DNA of 56,307 nucleotides, from positions 1 through 56,307 of the forward strand of contig JBDIWC010000028.1 of assembly GCA_039794085.1 (NCBI GenBank). The letters run 5' to 3'. The notes below the pieces were generated by a model. It was not told where the DNA came from. It saw nothing but the letters and a program-made list of their open reading frames with translations, and did no database searches. The position numbers and the translations under genes were made by a program. Positions 10,750 through 22,180 of this stretch are shown piece by piece (position 1 is the stretch's first letter; the number at the start of each line of letters is the position of its first letter). Source of the stretch: Gemmatimonadales bacterium. GTDB lineage: Bacteria > Gemmatimonadota > Gemmatimonadetes > Gemmatimonadales > GWC2-71-9.

Positions 10750-11984
10750 CCGAACAACCTCCCCACCTCGTCCAGGGCCGCCACGAGAATGTCCACCTCG
10801 TCGCGGGTGTTGTAGACGCCGAAGGAGGCGCGGGCGGTGGCACTCACGCCGAACCGGTCCATCAGGGGCTGGGCACAGTGGTGCCCGGCGCGGATCGCGA
10901 CGCCATACGAATCGACCACGGTCCCGATGTCGTGTGGGTGCGCGGCGTCCATGACGAACGACACGACGCTCACCTTGGGAGAGGTCGTCCCGAGGATCCG
11001 GAGCCCCGGCACCGACTGAAGCCGCTCGGTGGCATAGGCCAGGAGGTCGTCCTCGTGGGCCCGGATGGCGTCGAACCCCAGGTCGGTGAGGAAGGTGATC
11101 GCGGCGCCGAGTCCGATGACTTCGGTGATCGGCGGCGTTCCCGCCTCGAAGCGCGCGGGGGGAGGCGCAAACGTGGTCCGTTCCGCGGTCACCCGGGCCA
11201 CCATGCCGCCGCCCGTTTCAGCCGGGGGCATGCGGGTGAGGAGGTCATGCCGTCCCCAGAGGAGGCCGATCCCGGTGGGGCCGTACATCTTGTGGCCCGA
11301 GAGCACGTAGAAGTCGCAACCCAGCGCCTGGACGTCCACCGGAAGGTGCGGCGCCCCCTGGGCTCCGTCCACCACCAGGACCGCGCCCGCGTCATGCGCC
11401 ATCCGGGCGATCTCGGCGATGGGCAGGATCGTGCCGAGCACATTGGAGGCGTGGGTCACCGCCACGATCCGGGTCCGCGGGTTCAGGAGGGCGGCGAGCC
11501 GGTCGAGAGGGAGGGAGCCGTCCTCGTCGACCGGTGCCACGCGGAAAATGGCGCCGGTGCGGGCGGCGAGCTGCTGCCAGGGCACGAAGTTGGAGTGGTG
11601 CTCCATCTCCGTCACCACGATCTCGTCCCCGGGCTTGAGGGTGGAGCCACCGTAGCTGGTGGCGATCAGGTTGATGGCCGCCGTGGTGCCGTGGGCGAAG
11701 ATGACCTCTTCGGGCTCCCGGGCGTTCAGAAACCGCGCCGCCTGTTCCCGCACGCCGTCATACGCCTGGGTCGCCTCCTGGCTCAGCCAGTGGACGCCGC
11801 GGTGCACGTTGGCGTTCAGCTCGTAGGTATACCGGACCATCGCCTCGACCACGGGCCGGGGGCGCTGGGCCGAGGCGGCGCTGTCGAGATAGACCAGCCG
11901 CCGCCCCTGGACCTCGCGTTCGAGGATGGGGAACGCCGCCCGCACCGTGGCGACATCGAGCGAGTGAGCGACGGGCAGGGCCAT
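10746..11984 (-). CDS. sufS: Cysteine desulfurase SufS
   Basis: YLDSAAS, NVHRG, SGHKMYGPTG, RAGHHCAQP. Confidence 0.96.
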   Translation of the reverse strand: MALPVAHSLDVATVRAAFPILEREVQGRRLVYLDSAASAQRPRPVVEAMVRYTYELNANVHRGVHWLSQEATQAYDGVREQAARFLNAREPEEVIFAHGTTAAINLIATSYGGSTLKPGDEIVVTEMEHHSNFVPWQQLAARTGAIFRVAPVDEDGSLPLDRLAALLNPRTRIVAVTHASNVLGTILPIAEIARMAHDAGAVLVVDGAQGAPHLPVDVQALGCDFYVLSGHKMYGPTGIGLLWGRHDLLTRMPPAETGGGMVARVTAERTTFAPPPARFEAGTPPITEVIGLGAAITFLTDLGFDAIRAHEDDLLAYATERLQSVPGLRILGTTSPKVSVVSFVMDAAHPHDIGTVVDSYGVAIRAGHHCAQPLMDRFGVSATARASFGVYNTRDEVDILVAALDEVGRLFG

Positions 11985-11988
11985 TGGA

Positions 11989-13296
11989 TCAGGCCCCCTC
12001 GGTGAGGCGGGAGTGGACCAGGCGGCCGAGCTCCTCCCGCACCGGTGCCACGACCACCTCGTCGATCACCTCGGCGGCAAAGGCCCAGGTGAGAAGGGTG
12101 CGCGCCGCGTCCAGCGGAATCCCGCGGCTCCGGGCATAGAAGAGGGGGAGTTCGTCGAGCTGGCCCACGGTGGCGCCATGGGTACACTTCACGTCGTCGG
12201 CGAAGATCTCGAGCTGGGGCTTGGTGTCCACCCGGGCCCCGTCCGACAGGAGCAGGGTCCGGTTGGTCTGCTTCGCGTCCGTCTTCTGCGCCTCGGGCTT
12301 GACGAACACCTTCCCGTTGAATACGGCGCGGGACCGGTCGTCGAGAATCCCCTTGTACACTTCCCAACTGTGGCAGTGCGGATGGTCGTGGAAGATCGCC
12401 GTATGATTGTCCACGAGTTGGGTGCCGCGGCCGAGGTAGAGCCCGTACAGGAGGGACTCGACGTTCGAGTCGTTCATCTGCACATGGAGGTTGTGCCGGG
12501 CGATGGCCCCACCCATGGCGAGGGTGAACGACCGGTAGTGGCTGTCCCGCGCCTGGTCCACCTGGGTGAATCCCATGTGGAACGCCGACTCGCTCTCCCG
12601 CTGAATGCGGGAATGCTCCATCCAGGCCTGCGGGCCCAGCACCATTTCGGTCACGGTGTTGGTGAGGTAGCGAGCCTCGGGTGCCAGGGCCACATACGAC
12701 TCGATGAAGGAGGCCCGGGCTCCCGCGTCAACCAGGATCAGGTTGCGCGGATGCGCGGCGGCGTCGGTCGTGTCGCCGGTGGCGACGAACAAGGCGTGCA
12801 CCGGCTGCTGGAGAGTGACCCCGGCGGGCACGTGGAGCAGGGCGCCATCACGCACAAAGGCGAGGTTGAGAGCCGTGAACGGGGTCGCCTCCGGGCCGGC
12901 GTACCGCCCCAGGTGCTCGCGCACCAGGGGATGATCCCGGGCCACGGCATCGGCCACGCTGCCCAGGGTGACACCGGCGGCGAGGTCCGGACGGACGGAC
13001 AGTTCTGCCCGGTACCGGCCATCCACGAACACCAGCATCGGCCACTCGGCGTGACCAAAGATAAACGGGGTGAGTTCCGCGGCTGCCAGCGGGCGGGCGG
13101 CGGCGGACACCGGCGCGAAGGAGTGTTCCGACAGCGGGGCGACCGGAGTGAAGCGCCACTCCTCGTCCCGGGTGGTGGGAATCCCCACCTCGGCAAACCG
13201 GGCAAAGGCCCGCTGCCGCACCGGGGCAAGCCAGTCGGGCTTCCCTCCCCCGTTGGCGGCGAAGGTGGCGAAGGCCTCGGCGAAGGGTGCGCTCAC
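11989..13296 (-). CDS. sufD: Fe-S assembly protein SufD
   Basis: PTTRDEEWRFT, KPQLEIFADDVKCTHGAT; GTG start overlaps the sufC stop. Confidence 0.95.
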   Translation of the reverse strand: MSAPFAEAFATFAANGGGKPDWLAPVRQRAFARFAEVGIPTTRDEEWRFTPVAPLSEHSFAPVSAAARPLAAAELTPFIFGHAEWPMLVFVDGRYRAELSVRPDLAAGVTLGSVADAVARDHPLVREHLGRYAGPEATPFTALNLAFVRDGALLHVPAGVTLQQPVHALFVATGDTTDAAAHPRNLILVDAGARASFIESYVALAPEARYLTNTVTEMVLGPQAWMEHSRIQRESESAFHMGFTQVDQARDSHYRSFTLAMGGAIARHNLHVQMNDSNVESLLYGLYLGRGTQLVDNHTAIFHDHPHCHSWEVYKGILDDRSRAVFNGKVFVKPEAQKTDAKQTNRTLLLSDGARVDTKPQLEIFADDVKCTHGATVGQLDELPLFYARSRGIPLDAARTLLTWAFAAEVIDEVVVAPVREELGRLVHSRLTEGA

Positions 13297-14051
13297 GCCA
13301 CCGCCTCCACCGCACCGGTGATCCACTCGTAGCCCCTGGCCTCGAGCTCGTGCGCCAGCTCCTTCCCACCCGACCGCACAATCCGCCCCCCCGCCAGAAC
13401 ATGCACCTGGTCGGGCACGATGTAGTTGAGCAACCGCTGGTAGTGGGTGACGAGAATGACCGAGCGATCCTCCCGCCGGAGCGCATTCACCCCGTCGGCC
13501 ACGATGCGGAGGGCGTCGATGTCGAGTCCCGAGTCGGTCTCGTCGAGCACGGCGAGCTTCGGCTCGAGCACCGCCATCTGCAGGATCTCGTTCCGCTTCT
13601 TCTCACCTCCGGAGAACCCGGAATTCACCGCGCGCTGCATGATCTCCGGTTCCCACTTCACGATCTTGAGCTTCTCCTCGAGCAGGTCGATGAAGTCGAT
13701 CGGGTCGATCTCTTCCTCGCCCCGCGCCTTCCGGAGTTCGTTGTAGGCGGCCCGGAGGAAGTAGGCGTTGGTGACGCCGGGGATTTCCACCGGATACTGA
13801 AAGGCGAGAAAGATCCCGGCCCGGGCCCGTTCCTCGGGCTCCATCTCCAGCAGGTCCTCGCCGAGGAACGAGATGGAGCCACCCGTGACCTCATACGCGG
13901 GATGTCCCGCCAGCACCTGCGCCAGCGTGCTCTTGCCCGATCCGTTGGGGCCCATCACGGCATGCACTTCGCCGGGGCGCACGGTCAGGTCGATCCCCTT
14001 GAGGATCTCGGTCCCCTCCACTCCGGCACGGAGTTCCTTGATTTCAAGCAC
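13293..14051 (-). CDS. sufC: Fe-S assembly ATPase SufC
   Basis: GPNGSGKST, FQYPVEIPGV, FSGGEKKRNE, DETDSGLD. Confidence 0.97.
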   Translation of the reverse strand: MLEIKELRAGVEGTEILKGIDLTVRPGEVHAVMGPNGSGKSTLAQVLAGHPAYEVTGGSISFLGEDLLEMEPEERARAGIFLAFQYPVEIPGVTNAYFLRAAYNELRKARGEEEIDPIDFIDLLEEKLKIVKWEPEIMQRAVNSGFSGGEKKRNEILQMAVLEPKLAVLDETDSGLDIDALRIVADGVNALRREDRSVILVTHYQRLLNYIVPDQVHVLAGGRIVRSGGKELAHELEARGYEWITGAVEAVA

Positions 14052-14082
14052 GGCACATCCTCGCTGGTTTGACGGTCATCAC

Positions 14083-15515
<1,433 letters not shown>

Positions 15516-15519
<4 letters not shown>

Positions 15520-16238
15520 GCCTGCTCCCGGGAATCGATTTCATTCCCCAACGCTGAAGACTCCAGCCCGGTCAGACCGGGCCGGACGTGATATTCGCAG
15601 GATCCGCATCCTTCCACCATGTGGGAGGTGCGCTGCACCGCGGCGCCGAGCACTTCGGCCAGGAACCTCGCCTCCGCGGCGCAGATCTCGGGAAACCGCT
15701 CGGCGACGGCACGGATCGGACAGTTGTGCTCCACCAGGGACTGCTCCCCTTCCCCGCTCCCATGCCACTCCGGCATGTACCCCTCGTCGGAGAGAAACCG
15801 CGAGAGAGCGGCCACCCGCTCGGAGAGGGGTGCCCCTTCGAGCTCCTCACAGAGCCGCAGGGCCACGTCCCGGAAGCGGGATTCGAGCAACGATACTGCG
15901 GCGGCCCGGCCTTCGCGTGCCACCAGATGATCGAGCAGGTGGGTGAGGGCCTGCTGGTAGCGGTGCGGAAACATCGCCTCGCCCGATTCGGTCAGGCTGT
16001 ACAGGAAGGCGGGGGCCCCCACGCTGCCGTAGGACCGCTCGTGGACCACCAGCGAAGAGACCTCGAGCTCCTTCAGGTGATGCCGCACCGCGTTGAGCGA
16101 CATCCCCAGCCGATCCGCCAGGTCCTTGGCCGAAAGCGGCTGGGCCCGCTTGAGCTCAACGAGCACATTCCCCCGCGCCCCGCGGATTCCCGGGGGTGGA
16201 GCGATCGGCTCGTTTCGCTGGTGCAAGGCAGTTCCCAT
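15516..16238 (-). CDS. sufR: SufR-like HTH Fe-S sensing regulator
   Basis: N-terminal wHTH (AVRHHLKEL); C-terminal HNCPI..FPEIC..E..C ligand pattern; first gene of the suf operon. Confidence 0.85.
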
Positions 16239-16245
16239 GGAGGCA

Positions 16246-16274
16246 AATCTAGCTCCGACAAATGGGTGTGTCAA
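16246..16274 (-). promoter_or_regulatory. suf operon promoter (probably leaderless) with an overlapping inverted repeat
   Basis: TTGACA-17 nt-TAGATT, 7 nt upstream of ATG 16238; GACA-N8-TGTC at 16257-16272. Confidence 0.75.
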
Positions 16275-16524
16275 CATTAATCTGGTGTTTTTGGCGTGAA
16301 CTACGTAACGCTTTGTCACGGTGTAAGATACCAGCAGACAATGTCTGGGCGGAACCGGGCCTAAAGCTCTTCGCCTCCGGAACCGCACGTAGGTCTTCTA
16401 GAGGCAGGGGACTGACCCTGCCACGCTACTACTAGTAGTTGTTATTACAACTGCTGTCTTGCTGGCGTCGCGCAGGTCGTTCGGTCTTGTCCGAGACCGG
16501 TTTTGGCGCGAGATTGGAAGGGCC

Positions 16525-17091
16525 ATGACCATACATCGCATCCGACTTCTCGGTGATCCCGTGCTCCGCTCCCGGTGTGAGCCCATTGCCAAGCCCTCCA
16601 GCGCGGCGGTTCGGGTCGTGGTGGACGACCTGCGTGAAACCCTGCGGGATTGGCAGTCCCGGTTTGGCAGTGGGAGGGCCATCGCGGCTCCACAGATCGG
16701 CGCCCCGGTTCGCGTGGTGTTCGTGGAGATGGACAGGCCGTGGCCGCTGCTCAATCCGGAGATCGTCGAGGTGGGCGGGGAGGATTTCACCGTGTGGGAC
16801 GATTGTTTTTCCTTTCCGAACCTTCTGGTCCGCGTGGTACGGGCCTGGCGGATCCGGGTAAAGTACTCCGACCTCAAGGGTGCGACCCACGAGATTGATC
16901 TCGAGGGAGATCGCGCCGAACTCCTGCAACACGAGATCGACCACCTGGATGGGGTGCTCGCCGTGGACCGTGCCTTCGGATCCGACCCCTTCTGTCTCCG
17001 GGAGGAGTGGACCCGCCTGTACACCTCGGGCGATCGGTACGGAGAGCCGGAGCCCCGCTCCGATCAACTGACCGCCGCCCCACTCGGATAG
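16525..17091 (+). CDS. def: Peptide deformylase (atypical motifs)
   Basis: LGDPVLR, AIAAPQIG, DDCFS, QHEIDHLDG. Confidence 0.88.
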   Translation: MTIHRIRLLGDPVLRSRCEPIAKPSSAAVRVVVDDLRETLRDWQSRFGSGRAIAAPQIGAPVRVVFVEMDRPWPLLNPEIVEVGGEDFTVWDDCFSFPNLLVRVVRAWRIRVKYSDLKGATHEIDLEGDRAELLQHEIDHLDGVLAVDRAFGSDPFCLREEWTRLYTSGDRYGEPEPRSDQLTAAPLG

Positions 17092-17131
17092 AATCTTGGC
17101 TCCTCAGAAAAGCCCTTCCTGGTTGACTGAC

Positions 17132-18019
17132 ATGATCCGGTACCCCGCTCGACATCGAGGCCTGGGCCACAACAACCGACCCCTTCAGCCGCTGGCGGGC
17201 CGCGTGATCGTGGGCTTGCTTCTGTTGCCGGTGACAGCGCTCTCGTCTGCGACCGCCCAGTCAGTGCAGTATCGGTCCCCGGCAGGGGTAAGCTATCACT
17301 CCGAGACTGAAAGCGATGCAGTAATGCAGGCCCGGAAGGCCCTCGCCGGCGATCCGACCAACGTGGACCTCATCATCGCACTCGGAGTGGCGCAATCGGG
17401 GGTCCGTCAGTATCGCGAAGCAATCGCCACGTTCACCGAGGGGCTCCGCCACGCGCCGGGACACCCGATGCTGCTCCGGTGGCGCGGGCACCGGTACCTC
17501 TCGATTCGGGAGTTTGATCGCGCCCTGGCCGATCTCGAGGAGGGGATCCGCCGTGACCCGTCGATCTACGGGCTCTGGTACCACCTCGGAGTAACGCGGT
17601 TTGCCCTCGGGAACTTCGCCGGGGCAGTCGAGGCCTTTGTCCGGGCCCAGCCGATCGCCCCGGATGGGAACGAGCTGGCGGGGGCCACCGACTGGCTCTG
17701 GATGTCCCTGATGAGGGCGGGTCGTCCCGCGGAGGCGGAGGCCATGCTCCGCGCGCGCCCCGACACGCTCCCCTCCACCAACCTGTACGCCCGGCGATTG
17801 CAGATGTATCGCGGCCTTCTCGAGCCCGGCACGGTGGGGGACCCCGCGGACACGGCGGACGTGTCCCGGGCCACACTGCACTACGGACTCGGCAACTGGT
17901 ATCTGGTCCGGGGGGACAGCACCCGGGCCCGTACCGAGTTCGAACAAGCGGTGGCGTCCGGCGGGTGGCCGGCGTTCGGGTTCATCGTGGCGGAGCAGGA
18001 GCTGCGGCGACTCCCCTAG
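17132..18019 (+). CDS. Secreted TPR protein (start uncertain)
   Basis: Signal-like VIVGLLLLPVTALSSATAQ; several TPR helix pairs (WYHLGV..FALG, YGLGNWY). Confidence 0.75.
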   Translation: MIRYPARHRGLGHNNRPLQPLAGRVIVGLLLLPVTALSSATAQSVQYRSPAGVSYHSETESDAVMQARKALAGDPTNVDLIIALGVAQSGVRQYREAIATFTEGLRHAPGHPMLLRWRGHRYLSIREFDRALADLEEGIRRDPSIYGLWYHLGVTRFALGNFAGAVEAFVRAQPIAPDGNELAGATDWLWMSLMRAGRPAEAEAMLRARPDTLPSTNLYARRLQMYRGLLEPGTVGDPADTADVSRATLHYGLGNWYLVRGDSTRARTEFEQAVASGGWPAFGFIVAEQELRRLP

Positions 18020-18093
18020 ACCAGGTGCAACGACTACCCCTACTCCCTGTTCCCGACTCCCTACTCCCTCTCTCCCCTCACTCAGGATGCCCC

Positions 18094-18768
18094 ATGGGAA
18101 AATCCGTCACCTTTCCAGCCAACGGCCACACCGCCGGCGGGTATCTCGCCCTTCCCGCCACCAAGCGAGGGCCGGGGGTTCTCGTGATCCAGGAGTGGTG
18201 GGGTCTGGTGGATCACATCAAGGATCTCTGCGACCGCTTCGCGGCGGAGGGCTTCGTGGCGCTGGCACCCGACCTCTATCATGGCGAGACCACCACGAGT
18301 CCGGATGACGCCGGGAAGCTCTTCATGGCGCTCAACATCGACCGGGCGGGAGTGGATCTCCGGGGAGCGGCGGATCATCTCCTGTCCCTCGAGGAGTGCA
18401 CGTCGAGCAGGGCAGGGGTGGTCGGCTTCTGCATGGGGGGTCAGCTCGCGCTCTACGCGGGGATGAAGTACCCCGATCGCATCGCGGCTGTGGTGGACTT
18501 CTACGGGATTCACCCCAAGGTGGAGATCGACCCGGCCAAGGTGCAGGTCCCGGTGATCGGACACTTCGGCCGGCAGGACTCCTCCGTGCCGCTCGACGGA
18601 GTGCACGCCCTGGCCCGGGCGATCCGGGAGGCGGGCGGCACGATGCAGGTCCATGAATACGACGCCGGCCACGCCTTCTTCAACGACACCCGTCCGGTGT
18701 ACGACGCAAAGGAGGCGACGCTGGCATGGGGACGGACCCTGGCGTTTTTTCGAGACACGGTGGAGTAG
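18094..18768 (+). CDS. Dienelactone hydrolase family protein
   Basis: IQEWWGL, APDLY, GFCMGG, AGHAFFND. Confidence 0.93.
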   Translation: MGKSVTFPANGHTAGGYLALPATKRGPGVLVIQEWWGLVDHIKDLCDRFAAEGFVALAPDLYHGETTTSPDDAGKLFMALNIDRAGVDLRGAADHLLSLEECTSSRAGVVGFCMGGQLALYAGMKYPDRIAAVVDFYGIHPKVEIDPAKVQVPVIGHFGRQDSSVPLDGVHALARAIREAGGTMQVHEYDAGHAFFNDTRPVYDAKEATLAWGRTLAFFRDTVE

Positions 18769-18790
18769 GGATGGAGCAGGGAATCGGGAG

Positions 18791-19130
18791 TAGTCCCTTA
18801 CGGATAATATTGAACACAAAAGGGCAACAATATTTTGGACGACGCCCGGAGACCCACGCCGGTACGGCGTTTGACGGCGGTTCGGAATGTATTCAACTTG
18901 TGTGCCTTCGCGTCGCGGAGTGCGCCGTGACCCGGAGAGTGGCGTTTCCCGGGGCTGACGCCCCTTGCTCGGCCGGGGGAGGTGGCTCACGCCACCGGCA
19001 GCCCAGGCGAACACCCGGCCGTGTGAACGGCCTCTCGCCGCCGAGCCCGGGGCGAAAGCCCCGGGGAACTCACGCGAAAACCCGACACGCCTCTTTGGTT
19101 CCGCTGGTTCCGCCGGCTCTGCCGGCTTAG
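18791..19130 (+). mobile_element. Candidate non-autonomous element, copy 1 (cargo module A)
   Basis: Left end TAGTCCCTTACGGATAATATTGAACACAAAA; right end TTTGGTTCC...GCCGGCTCTGCCGGCTTAG. Confidence 0.65.
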
Positions 19131-19144
19131 GACGTAGGACGTAA

Positions 19145-19458
19145 TAGGTCCCTTCCGGACAAAGTTGAGCACAAAACGGCAACAATCTCTTGGGCAACTC
19201 CCGGCCCCCCCGTCAGATCCGTCGATCGCATCGATTGCGCCGTGCGAGGGGAATGGCCACAAAAAGCACAGAAGTCACAAGAGGCACACCTCTGTGCGCA
19301 TGGGGGCCCACCAGGGTCCCGCCAGGGGCGAGAGAGGTTTCTGTGCCTTTTGTGCTTCTTGTGGTTGGCTCTGGGAGTGGGGAGAGGGCTCCGGAGGGAC
19401 AGGAACCCCATGCCAAATCCGGAAGACACCCAGTTGGGTTCCGGCTACGCCGGCTTAG
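19145..19458 (+). mobile_element. Candidate non-autonomous element, copy 2 (cargo module B)
   Basis: Left TAGGTCCCTTCCGGACAAAGTTGAGCAC; right GGTTCCGGCTACGCCGGCTTAG. Confidence 0.65.
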
Positions 19459-19551
19459 GCGGTAGGCGGCAGGCGGTACCTTCTCTCTCCTCACTCCTCT
19501 CCATTCACTCCTCTGGCGCCTTGTTCACTGTTCATTGGTCCTTGTTCCTTG

Positions 19552-21640
19552 TCAAAACCACTGCCCCACCCGCACAAACGCCGTTCCCCGTCCGTTGGTG
19601 GCCACACCGTACTCCAGGGCCACCAGCCCGAGCGGGGTCTCGGCGCCCATCCCTCCTCGGCCGCCGCCGAGCCAGCCGTCATTGCCCAGAAGGGAGCCGC
19701 CGATGGCGGTGCGCCCCCCGGCGAGCGTTCCACGGAGCGCCAGGGGCCCGAGCACCCGATAGCTCACGACCACGGAGCCGTACACCTCACGATCGCCCCG
19801 GCGCTCGCCGAGATGAAGGCCGGGGAAACCATCGTCCCCACCCAACGGGAAGGACTCCTGCAGGGGGAGCCCATCGCCCCAGGCCACGCGCGCGGTGGGA
19901 TGGACCGTGAGTCTCCCTCTGGTGAGGGGCACGGAGACCTCACCCACCACGCGTTGCATCTCCTCGGAGAGGAGGAGCTCTCCCCGCGCCAGGGTTCGGC
20001 GTCCCTCCGAATCGTCCCACTCTCCGCGCAGCAGAGCCCCGGCGCTCCGGTCAGCGGATCCGTCGGGATTCCGCCACCACCGGGCATCGACCCCGGCCAT
20101 GAGGCGCACCCGTCTCCCCAGTGCCTGTTCCACACCGACCACACCGATCACCTCCTTGGTGTCGAGTGATTCGAGTTCGACACCATCGGGAGTGAAATCC
20201 CGCACATCTTCCGTGCCGAGCCGCAGGGAGGCCAGGACCGTGGTTCGTCCCACCCCGGCGCCGAAGTTTCGCCGTACCCCCCCCGTGAGGTCCCGCCGGA
20301 ATCGTCCCAGGGTGAGGACCCCGCTCAGCTCATACCGGGCGTCGAGTTCCACCCGGTTGAGGAACCCCAGCCAGAGCCGACCACCGAGATCGTTGTCGAA
20401 GGCGAGGCCGAGGCCGGCCACCCGGGGAGAGGCGTGTCTCACCTGGACGCGAAAGGCCGTACTGTCTCCGGCGGACGTGGGGTGGAGCCACACGCTGCGG
20501 TAGGGCTCCATGTCGGCCAGATCGAGAAGAGCGGCACGCAGGTCGGCCGGGTCCACGGTGCGTCCGGGAGCCAACCCCAGGGTCTGGTCGGCCAGGGCAC
20601 GGTCGTGGGCATGCCCGTTGACCACCGCCACCGGTCCGACCGTGATCGGAGGAGTGCTCGTGAGGAGGGTGTCCGCCCGCGGGGGCCCGCCCGCATCGCA
20701 GGACCACCCCCTGAGCGCACTGTCCGCGGCGATGCGCCCAAGGGCGATGAGCTGGGTGATGGCCCGGGCCGAAAAGTCGAGAGAGGGAAAGCTGTCGACC
20801 GGCGAGCGGATGAGCAGGTCATCCGCCGTCAGGGAATCCGCCGGCTGCACGAAGAGAAAGCTGAGCACCTGGCCGGCCACATCAAGAGGAGCCGACGAAT
20901 CGAGACTATCCTTGGGTTGCTCCGTCACGTCGGACACGATGATCCGGGTGGCGCCGAGGGCTCGCGCCTGGGCGACAGGGATGTTCGCGGAGAGCCCCCC
21001 GTCCACCAGCGCTCGGCCGCCGATGATCTCGGGAGGAAAGACCAGGGGGATGGCGGCACTCGCCCGGACGGCCTGGGCCAGGTCCCCGCTGTCCAGGGCG
21101 ACGGGGGAGCGGTTCCGGAGATCGGTCGCCACGGCCCGGAAAGGGATCGGCAGACGCGCAAAGTCTCCGCGGGCCAGGAGATTCCCCCGAAGCAGCGCCG
21201 CGTTGAAGAGCGCATTCACCTCCCGCTCCCGGATGGCTGCGGTCTGCAGGGCGAACCCCCGTTCGCCCTGCTCCCAGATCGCCACCGGGAGGAGGTTCCC
21301 CCAGGCCAGTCGGCGCCCCGGTGCGTAGCGGCGGAACAGGGAGGGAAGGGGGAGAACCCGCGCGAGGGAGTCGATGACGCGCGCGGGATACCCGCTGGCA
21401 TACATCCCGCCGATGATGGCGCCCATGCTCGTCCCGACAATCAGGTCGGGCCGGATCCCCCTCCGCTCCAACACCTCCAGCACTCCCACATGGGCCAACC
21501 CCTTGGCACCACCACCGGAGAGCACCAAGGCGAGGGGCCCCGCCGGACAGGAGGACTGGGCCCGGGCCGGAGTGACGGTGACGGCACAGCCGATGGCCCC
21601 GGCAAAGAGGAGCGCCCGCAGACCCTTGCGCCACGGACGG
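19552..21640 (-). CDS. Patatin-like phospholipase with a C-terminal outer-membrane barrel (PlpD-like); start uncertain
   Basis: SGGGAKG, GTSMG, DGG; signal peptide ending PARA-Q; terminal VRVGQWF. Confidence 0.88.
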
Positions 21641-21745
21641 TCGGTTCTTATCTCTTGTCCAGCGCTACGGGCGGGAGCGTTCCGGGCGCGGCGGGTCCAT
21701 GTACCCGGGGACGCCGCTCGCACGTTTTCTCGAGGAGTTTCACTC

Positions 21746-22009
21746 ATGACGTATGTGATCACCGAGCCGTGTATCGGGGTCAAAGACCGGGCCTGCGTGG
21801 ACGTCTGTCCCGTGGACTGCATCTACGAGGGCGAGGACCAGCTGTACATTCATCCCGATGAATGTATCGACTGCGGGGCGTGTGAGCCCGAGTGTCCGGT
21901 GACGGCCATTTTCCCCGAGGATGACGTTCCCCCGGAGATGCTGAGCTACACCGCGAAGAACAAGGATGTGTTCCTGAGCGACGACCCCCCCGGGCCTCCC
22001 CAGCGCTGA
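21746..22009 (+). CDS. fdxA: FdxA-type ferredoxin
   Basis: [32 protein letters not shown]...[12 protein letters not shown]. Confidence 0.95.
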   Translation: MTYVITEPCIGVKDRACVDVCPVDCIYEGEDQLYIHPDECIDCGACEPECPVTAIFPEDDVPPEMLSYTAKNKDVFLSDDPPGPPQR

Positions 22010-22049
22010 CTCCACCCCGCGCCCGGTGTCTCGCCGATCCCGGACGAGA

Positions 22050-22087
22050 AGGAGCCCTCGGGTCACGAATGGCCCGAGGGCTTTCTT
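22050..22087 (+). terminator. Intrinsic terminator, possibly bidirectional
   Basis: AGCCCTCGGGTCA-CGAA-TGGCCCGAGGGCT followed by TTCTT. Confidence 0.8.
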
Positions 22088-22180
22088 GAGGTGGGAGGAT
22101 GTTGCGTGTGCAGCGTTGACCTGGTGAACACCTGGTCGGGCCGCTACACCCATAAAGACGTGTGGCGATCGCATTCGGTT

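Noticed and set aside
19190..19465. Recurrent short ORFs (MATKSTEVTRGTP..., ...GSGYAGLG) within the repeated element
   Set aside because: Frames, starts and stops are not conserved among copies; similarity is explained by the DNA repeat.
22107..22149. Imperfect hairpin downstream of the TGA of the thioesterase fusion (SECIS-like?)
   Set aside because: About 30 nt from the stop and the protein is already complete; no selenoprotein context.
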